This document shows, in pieces, positions 47,546 through 56,872 of a DNA stretch of 64,000 nucleotides; within the stretch, counting starts at the first letter, position 1, and each line of letters begins with the position of its first letter. The position numbers and the translations under genes are program-made. The notes under the pieces are model-generated. The model did no database searches, was not told where the DNA came from, and worked only from the letters and a program-made list of their open reading frames with translations. The DNA is from Thermodesulfobacteriota bacterium (GTDB lineage: Bacteria > Desulfobacterota_D > UBA1144 > Nemesobacterales > Mycalebacteriaceae), in NCBI GenBank assembly GCA_965226585.1, contig OZ245366.1, forward strand, positions 1,344,001 through 1,408,000. The letters run 5' to 3'.

Positions 47546-47606
47546 CGGAAATCTCCGTTCCAATTCAATTGAATCAGAATCCATATCGTATAAATTGCTC
47601 CCTGAA

Positions 47607-48902
47607 ATGAAGGTTCTTGTTATAGGCGGCGGGGGACGGGAAGACGCGCTTTGCTGGAAAATCAACGCCAGCCCTCTTGTCTCTGAAGTAATCTGCGCTC
47701 CGGGAAACGCCGGAATAGCAAAACGGGCGCGCTGTGTTCCCGTCAGCACAGATGACATTGACGGACTGGTCAACCTCGCCATTGCAGAAAACCCCGACCT
47801 TACGGTTGTGGGTCCCGAAGTTCCCCTTGCTCTTGGTCTTGCCGACCGTCTGGAAGAAAAGGGAATAAAGGTTTTCGGTCCCTCGAAAACTGCGGCGGAA
47901 CTGGAGGGAAGCAAAATTTTCTCCAAACAGTTTATGGTGAAACACGGCATACCAACCGCCGAATTCAAATCGTTTGATAACATCAATGAAGCAACCCTTG
48001 AAGTGGAACAGACAAAGAACTTTCCCGTTGTTATAAAAGCGGACGGTCTTGCGGCGGGTAAAGGGGTTTTTATCTGCAACTCGCAAACGGACGCGGAAAA
48101 CGCGCTTTCTTCCATCATGCGGGACAAAATGTTCGGAGAATCAGGAAACCGGATAGTGATGGAGGAGTTTCTCAAAGGCGAGGAAGTTTCATTTTTCGCC
48201 ATATCAGACGGCAAAACCATTGTGCCGCTTGAACCGTCGCAAGACCATAAACGCCTGCTTGACGGCGACAAGGGACCAAACACCGGCGGAATGGGAGCGT
48301 ACACACCCGCCCCGCTTGCGGACAAATCACTCTGCGACAGAATAATGGAAGAGATTATGAAGCCGGTAGTAAAAGGTATGAGTGATGAGGGAAGACCTTA
48401 TAAAGGGGTTCTGTATGCCGGGCTTATGGTTGACGGGGACGACATCAAAGTACTTGAATTCAACTGCCGTTTCGGTGACCCGGAAACACAGCCCCTGCTT
48501 ATGAGAATGAAATCCGACATCGTTCCCCTGCTCACTGCGGCGGCTGAGGGAAAACTTGAAAACACCGCGCCTCCCGTGTGGAGCGAACTCGCAGCGGCTT
48601 GTGTTATAATGGCTTCAAACGGTTATCCGGGCGGCTACGACAAGGGCAAAGAGTTGAAAGGAATTGCCGGAGATGAGGCGGGCGCGGTTGTATTTCACTG
48701 CGGAACCGCAGAGAAAGACGGAAAACTGGTTACCAACGGAGGAAGAGTTCTTGCCGTTACCGCCCTTGGCGGCACGATAAAGGAAGCCGCCAATAGGGCT
48801 TACGGGAAAGTGGAGCGGATTGAAAAGGAAACGGGCGAAGATGTGCTGGTTTATAGAAAAGACATAGGAGACAAAGCAAGGGAGGCAAACGAAAATGGCT
48901 GA
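47607..48902 (+). CDS. purD: Phosphoribosylamine--glycine ligase
   Basis: MKVLVIGGGGRE, APGNAG, VVIKADGLAAGKGV, QDHKR…GPNTGGMGAY and EFNCRFGDPETQ motifs. Confidence 0.97.
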   Translation: MKVLVIGGGGREDALCWKINASPLVSEVICAPGNAGIAKRARCVPVSTDDIDGLVNLAIAENPDLTVVGPEVPLALGLADRLEEKGIKVFGPSKTAAELEGSKIFSKQFMVKHGIPTAEFKSFDNINEATLEVEQTKNFPVVIKADGLAAGKGVFICNSQTDAENALSSIMRDKMFGESGNRIVMEEFLKGEEVSFFAISDGKTIVPLEPSQDHKRLLDGDKGPNTGGMGAYTPAPLADKSLCDRIMEEIMKPVVKGMSDEGRPYKGVLYAGLMVDGDDIKVLEFNCRFGDPETQPLLMRMKSDIVPLLTAAAEGKLENTAPPVWSELAAACVIMASNGYPGGYDKGKELKGIAGDEAGAVVFHCGTAEKDGKLVTNGGRVLAVTALGGTIKEAANRAYGKVERIEKETGEDVLVYRKDIGDKAREANENG

Positions 48903-49254
48903 TATTTTTTACTTCTCAGTTGAAGACAAAGAGGCGGCGGACGATAAAAGGATGTTTCAAATTCCCCTTAAAGACTGCGTTCACCTTTTTGATATGAGAC
49001 CCTGGCAGAGAGAATGCGCGGGTGATGAGTTTCCCAACCTTAAAACCGGCGACCCGCTGGTTGATTCAAGCGGCTACATACACGTGCTGATGAGAATCTC
49101 ATCAAAAGAGATTGAAGAAAGCGGCGAAGGAAGCTTTGATGAGGGCTGGTATAAAATGAATATGACCGTTATTGAAGTCCAATCCATCATTGGCAAAGCG
49201 GCGCAAAAGAAAGACGCGAAACAACCCGCGCCCGAAAAACCCCGCGAAAAGTAA
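48895..49254 (+). CDS. Hypothetical protein, 119 aa
   Basis: Overlaps the purD stop, has a GGAGG ribosome-binding site and genome-typical codon usage; no recognised motif. Confidence 0.7.
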   Translation: MADIFYFSVEDKEAADDKRMFQIPLKDCVHLFDMRPWQRECAGDEFPNLKTGDPLVDSSGYIHVLMRISSKEIEESGEGSFDEGWYKMNMTVIEVQSIIGKAAQKKDAKQPAPEKPREK

Positions 49255-49273
49255 CGAAAACAAGGGTCAGGTC

Positions 49274-49303
49274 TTGACCTTTTGATTTCCAAAGTCTTAT
49301 AAT
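49274..49303 (+). promoter_or_regulatory. Sigma70-like promoter of the RAYT-like gene
   Basis: TTGACC, 18 bp, TATAAT, ending 10 nt before the ATG at 49314. Confidence 0.65.
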
Positions 49304-49313
49304 TGCCCCCGTA

Positions 49314-50138
49314 ATGGCTCGTCCACTCAGAATAGAATTTCCCGGCGCGTGCTACTTTGTTACCTCACGCGGCAACGCCTCAGAACGCGTGTTTCTTGAC
49401 TCCGATGACGGAAAACTGTGGATGGACACTTTTGAGTCCGTCTGCTCGCGGTTCGGGTGGATATGCTACGCCTACTGCCTGATGGACAACCACTACCACA
49501 TCGTTGTTGAAACCACCAGACCCAACCTCTCCGCCGGAATGAGACAGTTAAACGGCGTCTTTACACAGGCGTTTAACAGAAGACACAAACGCGGCGGACA
49601 TGTTTTTATGGGCAGATTTAAGGCAATCATATTCCAGAAAGAGAAATACCTGAAACCGCTTATAAAACACGTTGTTTCAAACCCCGTGAGAAAAGGGCTT
49701 ATCACCTCACCCGCCCAATGGAAATGGAGCAGTTGCCGCGCCTCTTGCGGCGGTGATGAAAATGTGCCGTTTATAGACACAAAAGCGGTTGCCGGAATAT
49801 TCGGGGGAGTTGACGGCTTTAAAAGTTTTGTTTCTGACGGAAATTATGACGATATACGCTCGAACGTGAAACGGCAGATATATCTGGGCGATGAGATATT
49901 TGTTGAAAAAACCGCCGCCCTCGCCTCTTCGAATTCAAAAGAAATACCGCTTAAACAGAGAACCGACATCAAACCCTCTCGCGGCGCAGACAGAAACGAA
50001 GCCATTATCAACGCCTTCCTCTCAGGCTCTTACTCTATGAAGGAAGTATCCGACCTGTTCGGAGTCCACTACTCAACGGTAAGCAGAATTTTGAGCGAAA
50101 ACGAAAGCCCGCCCATAAAATTGAAAAAAACCGGATAA
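49314..50138 (+). CDS. RAYT/Y1 HUH transposase-like protein with C-terminal HTH
   Basis: MARPLRIEFPGA, TSRGN, YCLMDNHYH (HUH), GHVFMGRF, NPVRKG and WKWSS motifs; C-terminal YSMKEVSDLFGVHYSTVSR HTH. Confidence 0.9.
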   Translation: MARPLRIEFPGACYFVTSRGNASERVFLDSDDGKLWMDTFESVCSRFGWICYAYCLMDNHYHIVVETTRPNLSAGMRQLNGVFTQAFNRRHKRGGHVFMGRFKAIIFQKEKYLKPLIKHVVSNPVRKGLITSPAQWKWSSCRASCGGDENVPFIDTKAVAGIFGGVDGFKSFVSDGNYDDIRSNVKRQIYLGDEIFVEKTAALASSNSKEIPLKQRTDIKPSRGADRNEAIINAFLSGSYSMKEVSDLFGVHYSTVSRILSENESPPIKLKKTG

Positions 50139-50141
50139 CTC

Positions 50142-50795
50142 TCAGCCCAAGCGTCTCTTCAAAACCTCAATCTTCTCCCGCTTGCGCAAAATAATCACGA
50201 ACAGCAAAATAAACGCGGCGATGCTGACCATCATCGTGTGCATCATCTCAGGGGCTATCCCCTCTCCGCCCGGACCGAAAACCACGGGAGAAATGTCTCT
50301 CTTAACAACACGGGCGGACACATAAACCCACGGCAGGTCTATAAACGCCAGACACGCGAAAACCGCAGAGAGCACCGAACTTTTCTCGCCCGGAGGAAGC
50401 GCCCTTCTGAGCAGTACGTAACCGGAGTAGAGAAGAAACAGAATAAAAGTGGCTTGCAGTTGCGCGTCCCACCAAACCCACCACGTTCCCCACGACGACT
50501 TTGCCCATATCGCACCCGTGAGAATGGTTATGAGGGTGAAAACAACACCCGCCTCTGCGGACGAAACGGCGCGTATATCCCATTTCTGTTTCCTTGTGCG
50601 CAGAAAGGCGACGCTTGATATAAACACGATTATAAAAGCAACCGTCATCGCGGCAACCGCTCCCATGTGAAAGTAGAAAATTCTCTGCGCGTGCCCCATA
50701 AGTTTCTCCGTGGGCGCGTAAAAGACAGACATCCACATCGCCGCCGCCATCGCGACAACAGCGGAAACAAAAACTGCTTTTCTCAAAATGCTCAA
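50142..50795 (-). CDS. ccmC: Cytochrome c maturation heme exporter C
   Basis: RIFYFH and Trp-rich TGAIWAKSSWGTWWVWWD; multiple transmembrane segments; adjacent to ccmB/ccmA. Confidence 0.9.
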   Translation of the reverse strand: MSILRKAVFVSAVVAMAAAMWMSVFYAPTEKLMGHAQRIFYFHMGAVAAMTVAFIIVFISSVAFLRTRKQKWDIRAVSSAEAGVVFTLITILTGAIWAKSSWGTWWVWWDAQLQATFILFLLYSGYVLLRRALPPGEKSSVLSAVFACLAFIDLPWVYVSARVVKRDISPVVFGPGGEGIAPEMMHTMMVSIAAFILLFVIILRKREKIEVLKRRLG

Positions 50796-50807
50796 AATTC
50801 TCTCCTC

Positions 50808-51485
50808 CTAAATCTCCTCAATGATATACCCGTAAATGAGAGTTCCCGCCGCGATAAACGCGAGGTCGAAACTGACGAGAACCTTTATGTGCCTTGCGAA
50901 ATCATGCTCAACACCGCCTCCGAGAGCGGCGGATACGCCAAGAGACGCGCTTATCAAAACCGGAATCAAAAGCGGAAACAGCAAAACGGGAAACACAACC
51001 CCTTTCATATCCGTCTGGGCGGAAAGAGCGGAAAGCAGAGTTCCCACGGCGGCAATTCCCACAGTCGCGGCAAATACTATAGAGAGGAAAGGAAGGGCTG
51101 AGGAAAAAGCGTCAAGGCGGAAAAACAGGGCAAAAACCGGAATGAAAACCGCCTCAACCGCAACAAGAAGCGTAAGATTGGCAAGCATCTTTCCGATAAA
51201 AACCGCGCCCCTGTCAACCGGAGACATGAGTATTGAGCGCAGGGCTTGTGATTTTCTCTCAACCTCAAATGAACGTTCAAACCCCACTGTGGCGGCAAAC
51301 AGAATGCATATCCAGAACACCGCCGGAGCCGCCTGCGTAACAGTGGCGGGCGATGAGGGAAAGATGTCTGTAAAATGCAGAACGGACGCGAGCACAACGG
51401 CAAACGCCGCAACGGCGGGGAAAATCCCGCCGCCCGAAGTTTCAATGGAAATATCTTTCAAAAATATCGTTACGATGTCTCTCAT
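50808..51485 (-). CDS. ccmB: Heme exporter membrane subunit
   Basis: KDISIE, FERSFEVE, IGK and PVLLFPLLIPVL motifs; about 6 transmembrane segments. Confidence 0.88.
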   Translation of the reverse strand: MRDIVTIFLKDISIETSGGGIFPAVAAFAVVLASVLHFTDIFPSSPATVTQAAPAVFWICILFAATVGFERSFEVERKSQALRSILMSPVDRGAVFIGKMLANLTLLVAVEAVFIPVFALFFRLDAFSSALPFLSIVFAATVGIAAVGTLLSALSAQTDMKGVVFPVLLFPLLIPVLISASLGVSAALGGGVEHDFARHIKVLVSFDLAFIAAGTLIYGYIIEEI

Positions 51486-52198
51486 TCCGCGCTCCCGTGA
51501 GGTTTTGAAACCATCTCCTCAAGTTCGCCCGCGCTCATTCCGCGCGAGTTTTCGTAAAACGCTATGCGCCCGCCCAAAAGCAGGGCGGCAAAGTCAGCCA
51601 GTTCCGCCGCCCGCGCCGTGAGATGGGTGGAAAAAAGCACTGCGGCTCCGCCGTCTCTCAGGCGGATTATAAGGTCTGAAAGAATCGCGCCCCCTTTGCG
51701 GTCAAGCCCTGAAAACGGCTCGTCCATAACAATCACCTCAGGATTGTGAGACACGGCGCGGGCAATGGAAACGCGCTTCTTCATTCCGGCGGAAAGAGAG
51801 CCGCACGGAGCGGATGACCGGGCGATTTCAAATCTGTCAACCAGTTCGCGCGCCCTGCCCTCAGGGTCTGAAACCCCGTGAAGACGGCAGAAAAAACTCA
51901 AATTTCCCTCCGCGCTCAGCCTGTCGTAAAGGCAGTCTTCGTGAGAGACAAGACCGATTTTTCCCCGCGCCTCTTTTGCGGATGTTGAAGTGTCAAAACC
52001 CGCCACCGTTACACTGCCGGATGAAGGAGGCGAGAGAGATGACGCTATTTTCAAAAGAGAGGTTTTGCCTGAGCCGTTTTCACCGAAAAGGGAAACGGCT
52101 TTGCCCCTTTCCACTTTCATATCAACACCGCTGAGAACCGGGCGCGAGGCGTAGTTCTTGCCAACTTTTTCCATCAGTATCGCGTATGGCGGGGGCAT
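51482..52198 (-). CDS. ccmA: Heme exporter ABC ATPase
   Basis: GENGSGKTS, LSAGMKKR, VMDEPFSGLD and STH motifs; first gene of ccmABC; start placed at MPPPY. Confidence 0.85.
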   Translation of the reverse strand: MPPPYAILMEKVGKNYASRPVLSGVDMKVERGKAVSLFGENGSGKTSLLKIASSLSPPSSGSVTVAGFDTSTSAKEARGKIGLVSHEDCLYDRLSAEGNLSFFCRLHGVSDPEGRARELVDRFEIARSSAPCGSLSAGMKKRVSIARAVSHNPEVIVMDEPFSGLDRKGGAILSDLIIRLRDGGAAVLFSTHLTARAAELADFAALLLGGRIAFYENSRGMSAGELEEMVSKPHGSAE

Positions 52199-52273
52199 GT
52201 GAAGTTCCACAAAGTTGCAGAATATATGAGGCGGCGGATACAGGCAATAAATCACGGAGCGGTAAAAGAGCCG

Positions 52274-52302
52274 TTGACAACTTACCGTCAAACTTCTACC
52301 TT
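52274..52302 (+). promoter_or_regulatory. Sigma70-like promoter for the epimerase gene
   Basis: TTGACA, 17 bp, TACCTT; AGGAGGAG ribosome-binding site at 52309-52316. Confidence 0.7.
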
Positions 52303-52323
52303 CTAATCAGGAGGAGCAAAACT

Positions 52324-53313
52324 ATGGCGGTTTTAGTAACGGGGGCAACCGGTTTTATCGGCTCTCACATTGTAAAAAAACTTAAAAACAAGGGCGAAGA
52401 CGTTCGCGTTCTTGTGCGCGAGACAAGCAAAACCGGGGAGATAGACCGGCTCGGCATCACGAAAAAAATTGGCGACATCACTAACGCCGCCTCGGTGCGA
52501 AGCGCGCTTGAAGACTGCGACACTCTCTACCACTGCGCGGGTTTTGTCTCTTTCAGAAAAAGCGACTACAAAAAAATGGTTGAGATAAATGTTGAGGGCT
52601 CAAAAAATGTTCTCTCCTCCGCCCTTGACGCGGGCGTGAAAAGGGTTGTTTTCACAAGCAGTGTGGCGGCTCTGGGTCCCGCCCTCAAAGGGGTGCTGAT
52701 AACGGAAGACACCCCGGCCGACCCGCGTTTTGCGGGCTCCAACATCGGGTATATGAATGTGAAACGTTCAGCCGAAGCCACAGCCCTTGATTTCTGCGGC
52801 AAGGGGCTTGACGTGGTCATCACAAATCCGTCCGTTGTTGTGGGCGCGGGCGATGTTCATCTGTCAAGCGCGGGCTCTGTTCTGTGGTATTGCAAAAGGC
52901 GTTTTCCGGGATACATGGACGGCACTCTCAACCTTGTGGATGTTGAGGATGTGGCGGAGGGGCATCTGCTTGCGGCGGAAAAAGGGCGCGCCGGAGAACG
53001 CTACATTTTGAGCAACACCAACCTGACGGTGATTGAGTATTTCAGTCTGCTTGAAAAGGTTACCGGCGTTCCCGCCCCGAAGATTAAAATCCCCTATGCG
53101 GCGGCATACGCAACCGCGTTTCTGACCGAAAGGGTTTTGGGCTTCGCGTTTCCGAACTACTCAACAATGGATTTGGACTCTGTAAAACTGTCGCGCTACA
53201 ACTGGCATGTTGACTGCTCAAAAGCGGAGCGCGAACTGGGATACAAAAAGAGTTCCATAGAGGAAAGCCTCAGAGCCACCGTTGACTGGTTCAAATCCGA
53301 AGGGCTTTTGTAG
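52324..53313 (+). CDS. Extended SDR NAD-dependent epimerase/dehydratase (HpnA / dihydroflavonol reductase-like)
   Basis: VLVTGATGFIG, TSSVAA, YxxxK (YMNVK), NPSVVVG and VDVEDVAEGH…GERYIL motifs. Confidence 0.88.
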   Translation: MAVLVTGATGFIGSHIVKKLKNKGEDVRVLVRETSKTGEIDRLGITKKIGDITNAASVRSALEDCDTLYHCAGFVSFRKSDYKKMVEINVEGSKNVLSSALDAGVKRVVFTSSVAALGPALKGVLITEDTPADPRFAGSNIGYMNVKRSAEATALDFCGKGLDVVITNPSVVVGAGDVHLSSAGSVLWYCKRRFPGYMDGTLNLVDVEDVAEGHLLAAEKGRAGERYILSNTNLTVIEYFSLLEKVTGVPAPKIKIPYAAAYATAFLTERVLGFAFPNYSTMDLDSVKLSRYNWHVDCSKAERELGYKKSSIEESLRATVDWFKSEGLL

Positions 53314-53346
53314 AAACGGGCGCGCGGTAGCGGGTATCATATCCAA

Positions 53347-54417
53347 ATGGCCGGAAACACATTCGGAACAGTTTTCAGAATAACCACATGGGGAGAGTCT
53401 CACGGCAGGGCGGTGGGCGTTGTGCTGGACGGCTGTCCGGCGGGGCTCGCGCTTTCGGCGGGCGATATTCAGACCGAACTTGACCGCCGCCGCCCGGGGC
53501 AGAGCAAGGTTACCACTCAGCGCAAAGAGGCGGACACGGTTGAAATTCTGTCGGGGGTATTCAAAGGGAAAACACTCGGCACACCGGTATCAATGCTTGT
53601 GCAAAACACAGACGTTATCTCCGCATCTTATGAGAAGATAAAAGACATCTACCGCCCCGGACACGCTGATTTTACATACGATGAAAAATACGGACTGAGA
53701 GACCACAGGGGCGGCGGCAGGGCTTCGGCAAGGGAAACAGTCGGGCGCGTGGCGGCGGGAGCGGTGGCGAAAAAACTGCTCAAAAAACACGGAATTAAAA
53801 CGCGCGGATTTGTTAGAAGCGTGGGCGATATAACGGCGGAAAAGGTGAACTTCAGTCAGGTGGAGAAAAACCCCGTGCGCTGTCCCGACCCGGCAAAAGC
53901 GCGGGAGATGTTTGACCTGATAGACAAGGTGAGAAGGCGGGGCGATTCCATCGGCGGAACGGTGGAGGTGATAACAAGCGGACTTCCGGCGGGGCTTGGC
54001 GAGCCGGTGTTTCATAAACTGGACGCAGACCTTGCGTCCGCCCTTATGAGCATAGGGGGAATCAGGGGCTTTGAGGTTGGAAGAGGTTTTGAGGTTGCGA
54101 AGATGAAAGGGTCTGAAGCAAACGACCTGATGATAAAACGCCCGGACGGTTCGCTCGGTTTCAAAACAAACAATGCGGGCGGTTTGCTCGGCGGCATAAC
54201 AAACGGCGAAGACCTTGTTGTGAGAATCGCCATAAAACCCACATCGTCAATATCACAAACGCAGAAAACGGTTGATAAAAAAGGCGCGGCGAAAAACCTT
54301 GTCGTCAAAGGAAGGCACGACCCGTGCCTGTGTCCCAGAGCCGTTCCAATCGCCGAAGCGATGGTGAACCTTGTGCTGGCAGACCATCTCCTTATGCGCG
54401 AGGTTTCAAAGCTGTGA
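53347..54417 (+). CDS. aroC: Chorismate synthase
   Basis: [40 protein letters not shown] and GRHDPC motifs. Confidence 0.97.
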   Translation: MAGNTFGTVFRITTWGESHGRAVGVVLDGCPAGLALSAGDIQTELDRRRPGQSKVTTQRKEADTVEILSGVFKGKTLGTPVSMLVQNTDVISASYEKIKDIYRPGHADFTYDEKYGLRDHRGGGRASARETVGRVAAGAVAKKLLKKHGIKTRGFVRSVGDITAEKVNFSQVEKNPVRCPDPAKAREMFDLIDKVRRRGDSIGGTVEVITSGLPAGLGEPVFHKLDADLASALMSIGGIRGFEVGRGFEVAKMKGSEANDLMIKRPDGSLGFKTNNAGGLLGGITNGEDLVVRIAIKPTSSISQTQKTVDKKGAAKNLVVKGRHDPCLCPRAVPIAEAMVNLVLADHLLMREVSKL

Positions 54418-54767
54418 CGGCGCGCGAGTTCGGTGTTTATCTGTCGTCAGGCGAGCGCGTCTACCGGGGAGATTTCAGCGAAGTTCCGGAGCCGTACAGA
54501 AAAACCCTTGTTGAAGCGATAGACCAGTGGGGAGACGTGATGGTGGGATGGGGGCTGAACGAGTTAATTTACTCCCTTATGTGCTGGCACGAGGAAACGG
54601 TTTTTGAGTGCGGGCATTGCGAGTTTGTTTCGGAAGTGTCAGACAGTTGCGAAAAATGCGCGAAACCGCTTGAGCCGAAACGGAAATACGAAAGGAGCGA
54701 AAAAATCTCGCGCCTTTTGATGTGCGTGGGCTCCATAAACAGAATCACGGTTGAAAACGGCGGATGA
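54414..54767 (+). CDS. Hypothetical protein with CxxC…CxxC zinc ribbon
   Basis: GTG start overlapping the aroC stop (GTGA); CGHC…CEKC. Confidence 0.65.
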   Translation: MTAREFGVYLSSGERVYRGDFSEVPEPYRKTLVEAIDQWGDVMVGWGLNELIYSLMCWHEETVFECGHCEFVSEVSDSCEKCAKPLEPKRKYERSEKISRLLMCVGSINRITVENGG

Positions 54768-54805
54768 ATACCCTCTTGTCCGCAAGCATTTTCCGGCGGA
54801 AAACG

Positions 54806-56872
54806 CTACATAAAAACGCTCATTGAAAGCAGAACGCCGAGGTCTTTTTCGGGCTTGAGTTCGTAGGATGTGTTTTGCACCTTTATGCCGCCCGAAAGCC
54901 CTGAGCTGTATCTCATTTGCAGGCGAGTCTCAAAACTGTTTTTCCTTCTCACAAGTTCCACCTGAGCGGTTTCCGCCCTTCCCCGCGCGGATTTTACAAG
55001 CGAGATGCCGGGGTTCATTCCGCCGTATGCGGCGGCGGCTTTAACTCCAATTCCGTATGTTCCGTTCAGGTCAAACTGTCTGTCAAAAGACGCCACAACC
55101 TTGTCCGTGTCTCCGAAACTGAATGAGCCGCTTCCCGCGCTTCCGAAAAACGCGTCTGACTCGCGCTCATAGGCGAGAGAGAAACCGCTTGAATGCGCTA
55201 TTCCCATTCCGCCCGCAGAGTGTTTACCGCTCAGGAAAACGGACAGGTTTTGAAAAACCGTGAACAGCCGCGCCGCATGTGTGGAAACCCTTCCGGGGCG
55301 CGAGAACCGCCTTGAGAGTCTGCTCCACGATACCGCCGGTTCAATCAGAAGCGGAGAGGCGGATGACAGAACGGAAACCGGAACGGCATAGCCGCGCCGG
55401 AACTCGTTGTTTTCATATCCCGTAACATTTATGCCTTGCGGAATGGACGCCCCGGAAATGCTGACGCCGCCTGAAGTAACTGAAAGCGAGAATGTGGTCA
55501 GTGGGTCAGCCACAAGCTCTCCGGTCGGCTGCCAGATTTGTGAAACTGAGAACATTCCGCATCCGTAAATATCGTCAACTCCCGCCGTTCCGAGATCCAC
55601 CGCGGTTGCGCAGGAGAGTTTTACAAGTTGCTCGTTTGTCAGGTGGGGCCACACATATCGCAAATTCGCGAGTGTTCCCGCAACCATCGGGGCGGCATAA
55701 CTTGTTCCGCGTCTGGAATAGACATATGCGCCGTCAGATTCATCCCTAACTTCCGTAAATATCGTATAGGGAGCCAGCACACAGTAATCTTTTGCGTAGC
55801 CGCAGTGGTTTGAATTATCATCTATTTTAAGACTGCTTTCCTCTATTATTGTAGAACTGCCTGCGAAACTGTCTACTCTCCACTCTTTGTGAAAGCCGCC
55901 TTTGCTTTCCCCGTTGTTTTCCCTTGTTTCAAGAATGGGAAAATAATAGCCTTCCGTATTGCCATGCGCCAGCCCGGCAACCATAAGGATTGATTTTGTC
56001 CGGTTGTGTATCGCCTCAACCGCCGCCCGGTTGTGCGCGGGATGGTCGGGGTCAACCGAGAGCGCGTACGGTTGTCCCCTGTTTATAATGACCGTGCCCA
56101 CGGCGTTCGTGCCGTAGTTTGCCGTGGGGGCAACCATCAGACTTTTGGAATCCGCTACGTCTTGAGGCCTTATAAGGTCGTTTGCTGAAACCCCGGTTGA
56201 CGCATCAGTTCCGAAAAGATTGGACTGCGATATGCTGATTATGAAACCTGTATCCACCTGATTCCCCTCTATTGTCGCACTCGGAATGTCGTTTCTGTCT
56301 TTTATGTCTCTGTACGCAGTTACGGTGTCGCGCTTCAAACTTCCTGTCGCAACATATCTGTAAAGGTCCGACACAGTGGAAATATTCGCCGTTGCCACAA
56401 CCCTGTCCCCGTGAGTGCCGCCGTCTATGACAATCAACAGAGGGTTCACAGTTACGTTGTTGTTAATTGCCTGCGCGATATTCGCGCTGACCATATCGTA
56501 AAGAGGGGTCAGTCCGGGAACACGCGCCCGGTTGCAATTTATAATCGGCGTACCCCTTGTATTAAAGTCATCCTCGCAGGGATTACTCTCCGCAGAAGTG
56601 TTTGCGGGCGGCGGGTCGGGGTTATCACCGCCGGAGTCGCCGGGGTCCGGCTCCTCCAAAGTGGGAACAAAGATGGCGGAAACCCCAGTTTCAGGCGGAA
56701 TGGTACGGTCGGTCGGCGGGTCCGGGGGGGTATTGTCTGGCGGGTCTGGCATACTTACGGGAGCGGGAGCGGAGCCGCCTCCGCCTCCACCGCCTATACA
56801 GCCGCCCAATACAACTGACATGGCAATTGCCAGAGTAAAAAGCGCGTTGTTTATGGCTCTTCTATCCGTCAT
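54806..56872 (-). CDS. Lipoprotein subtilisin-like (S8) serine protease with C-terminal beta-rich domain
   Basis: Lipobox VLGGC, Gly/Pro-rich tether, CGYAKDYCVLAP, catalytic-Ser motif GTSYAAPMVAG, TAVDLG…DDIYGCG, and an amphipathic beta-strand C-terminus. Confidence 0.8.
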   Translation of the reverse strand: MTDRRAINNALFTLAIAMSVVLGGCIGGGGGGGSAPAPVSMPDPPDNTPPDPPTDRTIPPETGVSAIFVPTLEEPDPGDSGGDNPDPPPANTSAESNPCEDDFNTRGTPIINCNRARVPGLTPLYDMVSANIAQAINNNVTVNPLLIVIDGGTHGDRVVATANISTVSDLYRYVATGSLKRDTVTAYRDIKDRNDIPSATIEGNQVDTGFIISISQSNLFGTDASTGVSANDLIRPQDVADSKSLMVAPTANYGTNAVGTVIINRGQPYALSVDPDHPAHNRAAVEAIHNRTKSILMVAGLAHGNTEGYYFPILETRENNGESKGGFHKEWRVDSFAGSSTIIEESSLKIDDNSNHCGYAKDYCVLAPYTIFTEVRDESDGAYVYSRRGTSYAAPMVAGTLANLRYVWPHLTNEQLVKLSCATAVDLGTAGVDDIYGCGMFSVSQIWQPTGELVADPLTTFSLSVTSGGVSISGASIPQGINVTGYENNEFRRGYAVPVSVLSSASPLLIEPAVSWSRLSRRFSRPGRVSTHAARLFTVFQNLSVFLSGKHSAGGMGIAHSSGFSLAYERESDAFFGSAGSGSFSFGDTDKVVASFDRQFDLNGTYGIGVKAAAAYGGMNPGISLVKSARGRAETAQVELVRRKNSFETRLQMRYSSGLSGGIKVQNTSYELKPEKDLGVLLSMSVFM

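Larger units (their letters stand above)
41473..47560. mobile_element. Probable horizontally acquired defence islet between glmS and purD
   Basis: Abrupt shift to AT-rich sequence (strongest at 41.5-46.1 kb), frequent GATC unlike the flanks, and defence-type gene content. No integrase, transposase or att repeats were seen; the right boundary is approximate. Confidence 0.65.

Noticed and set aside
49314..50138. Active IS200/IS605 element, or proven mobiliser of the CGTC repeats
   Set aside because: No tnpB, no flanking copies of those repeats, and the catalytic Tyr appears to be missing.
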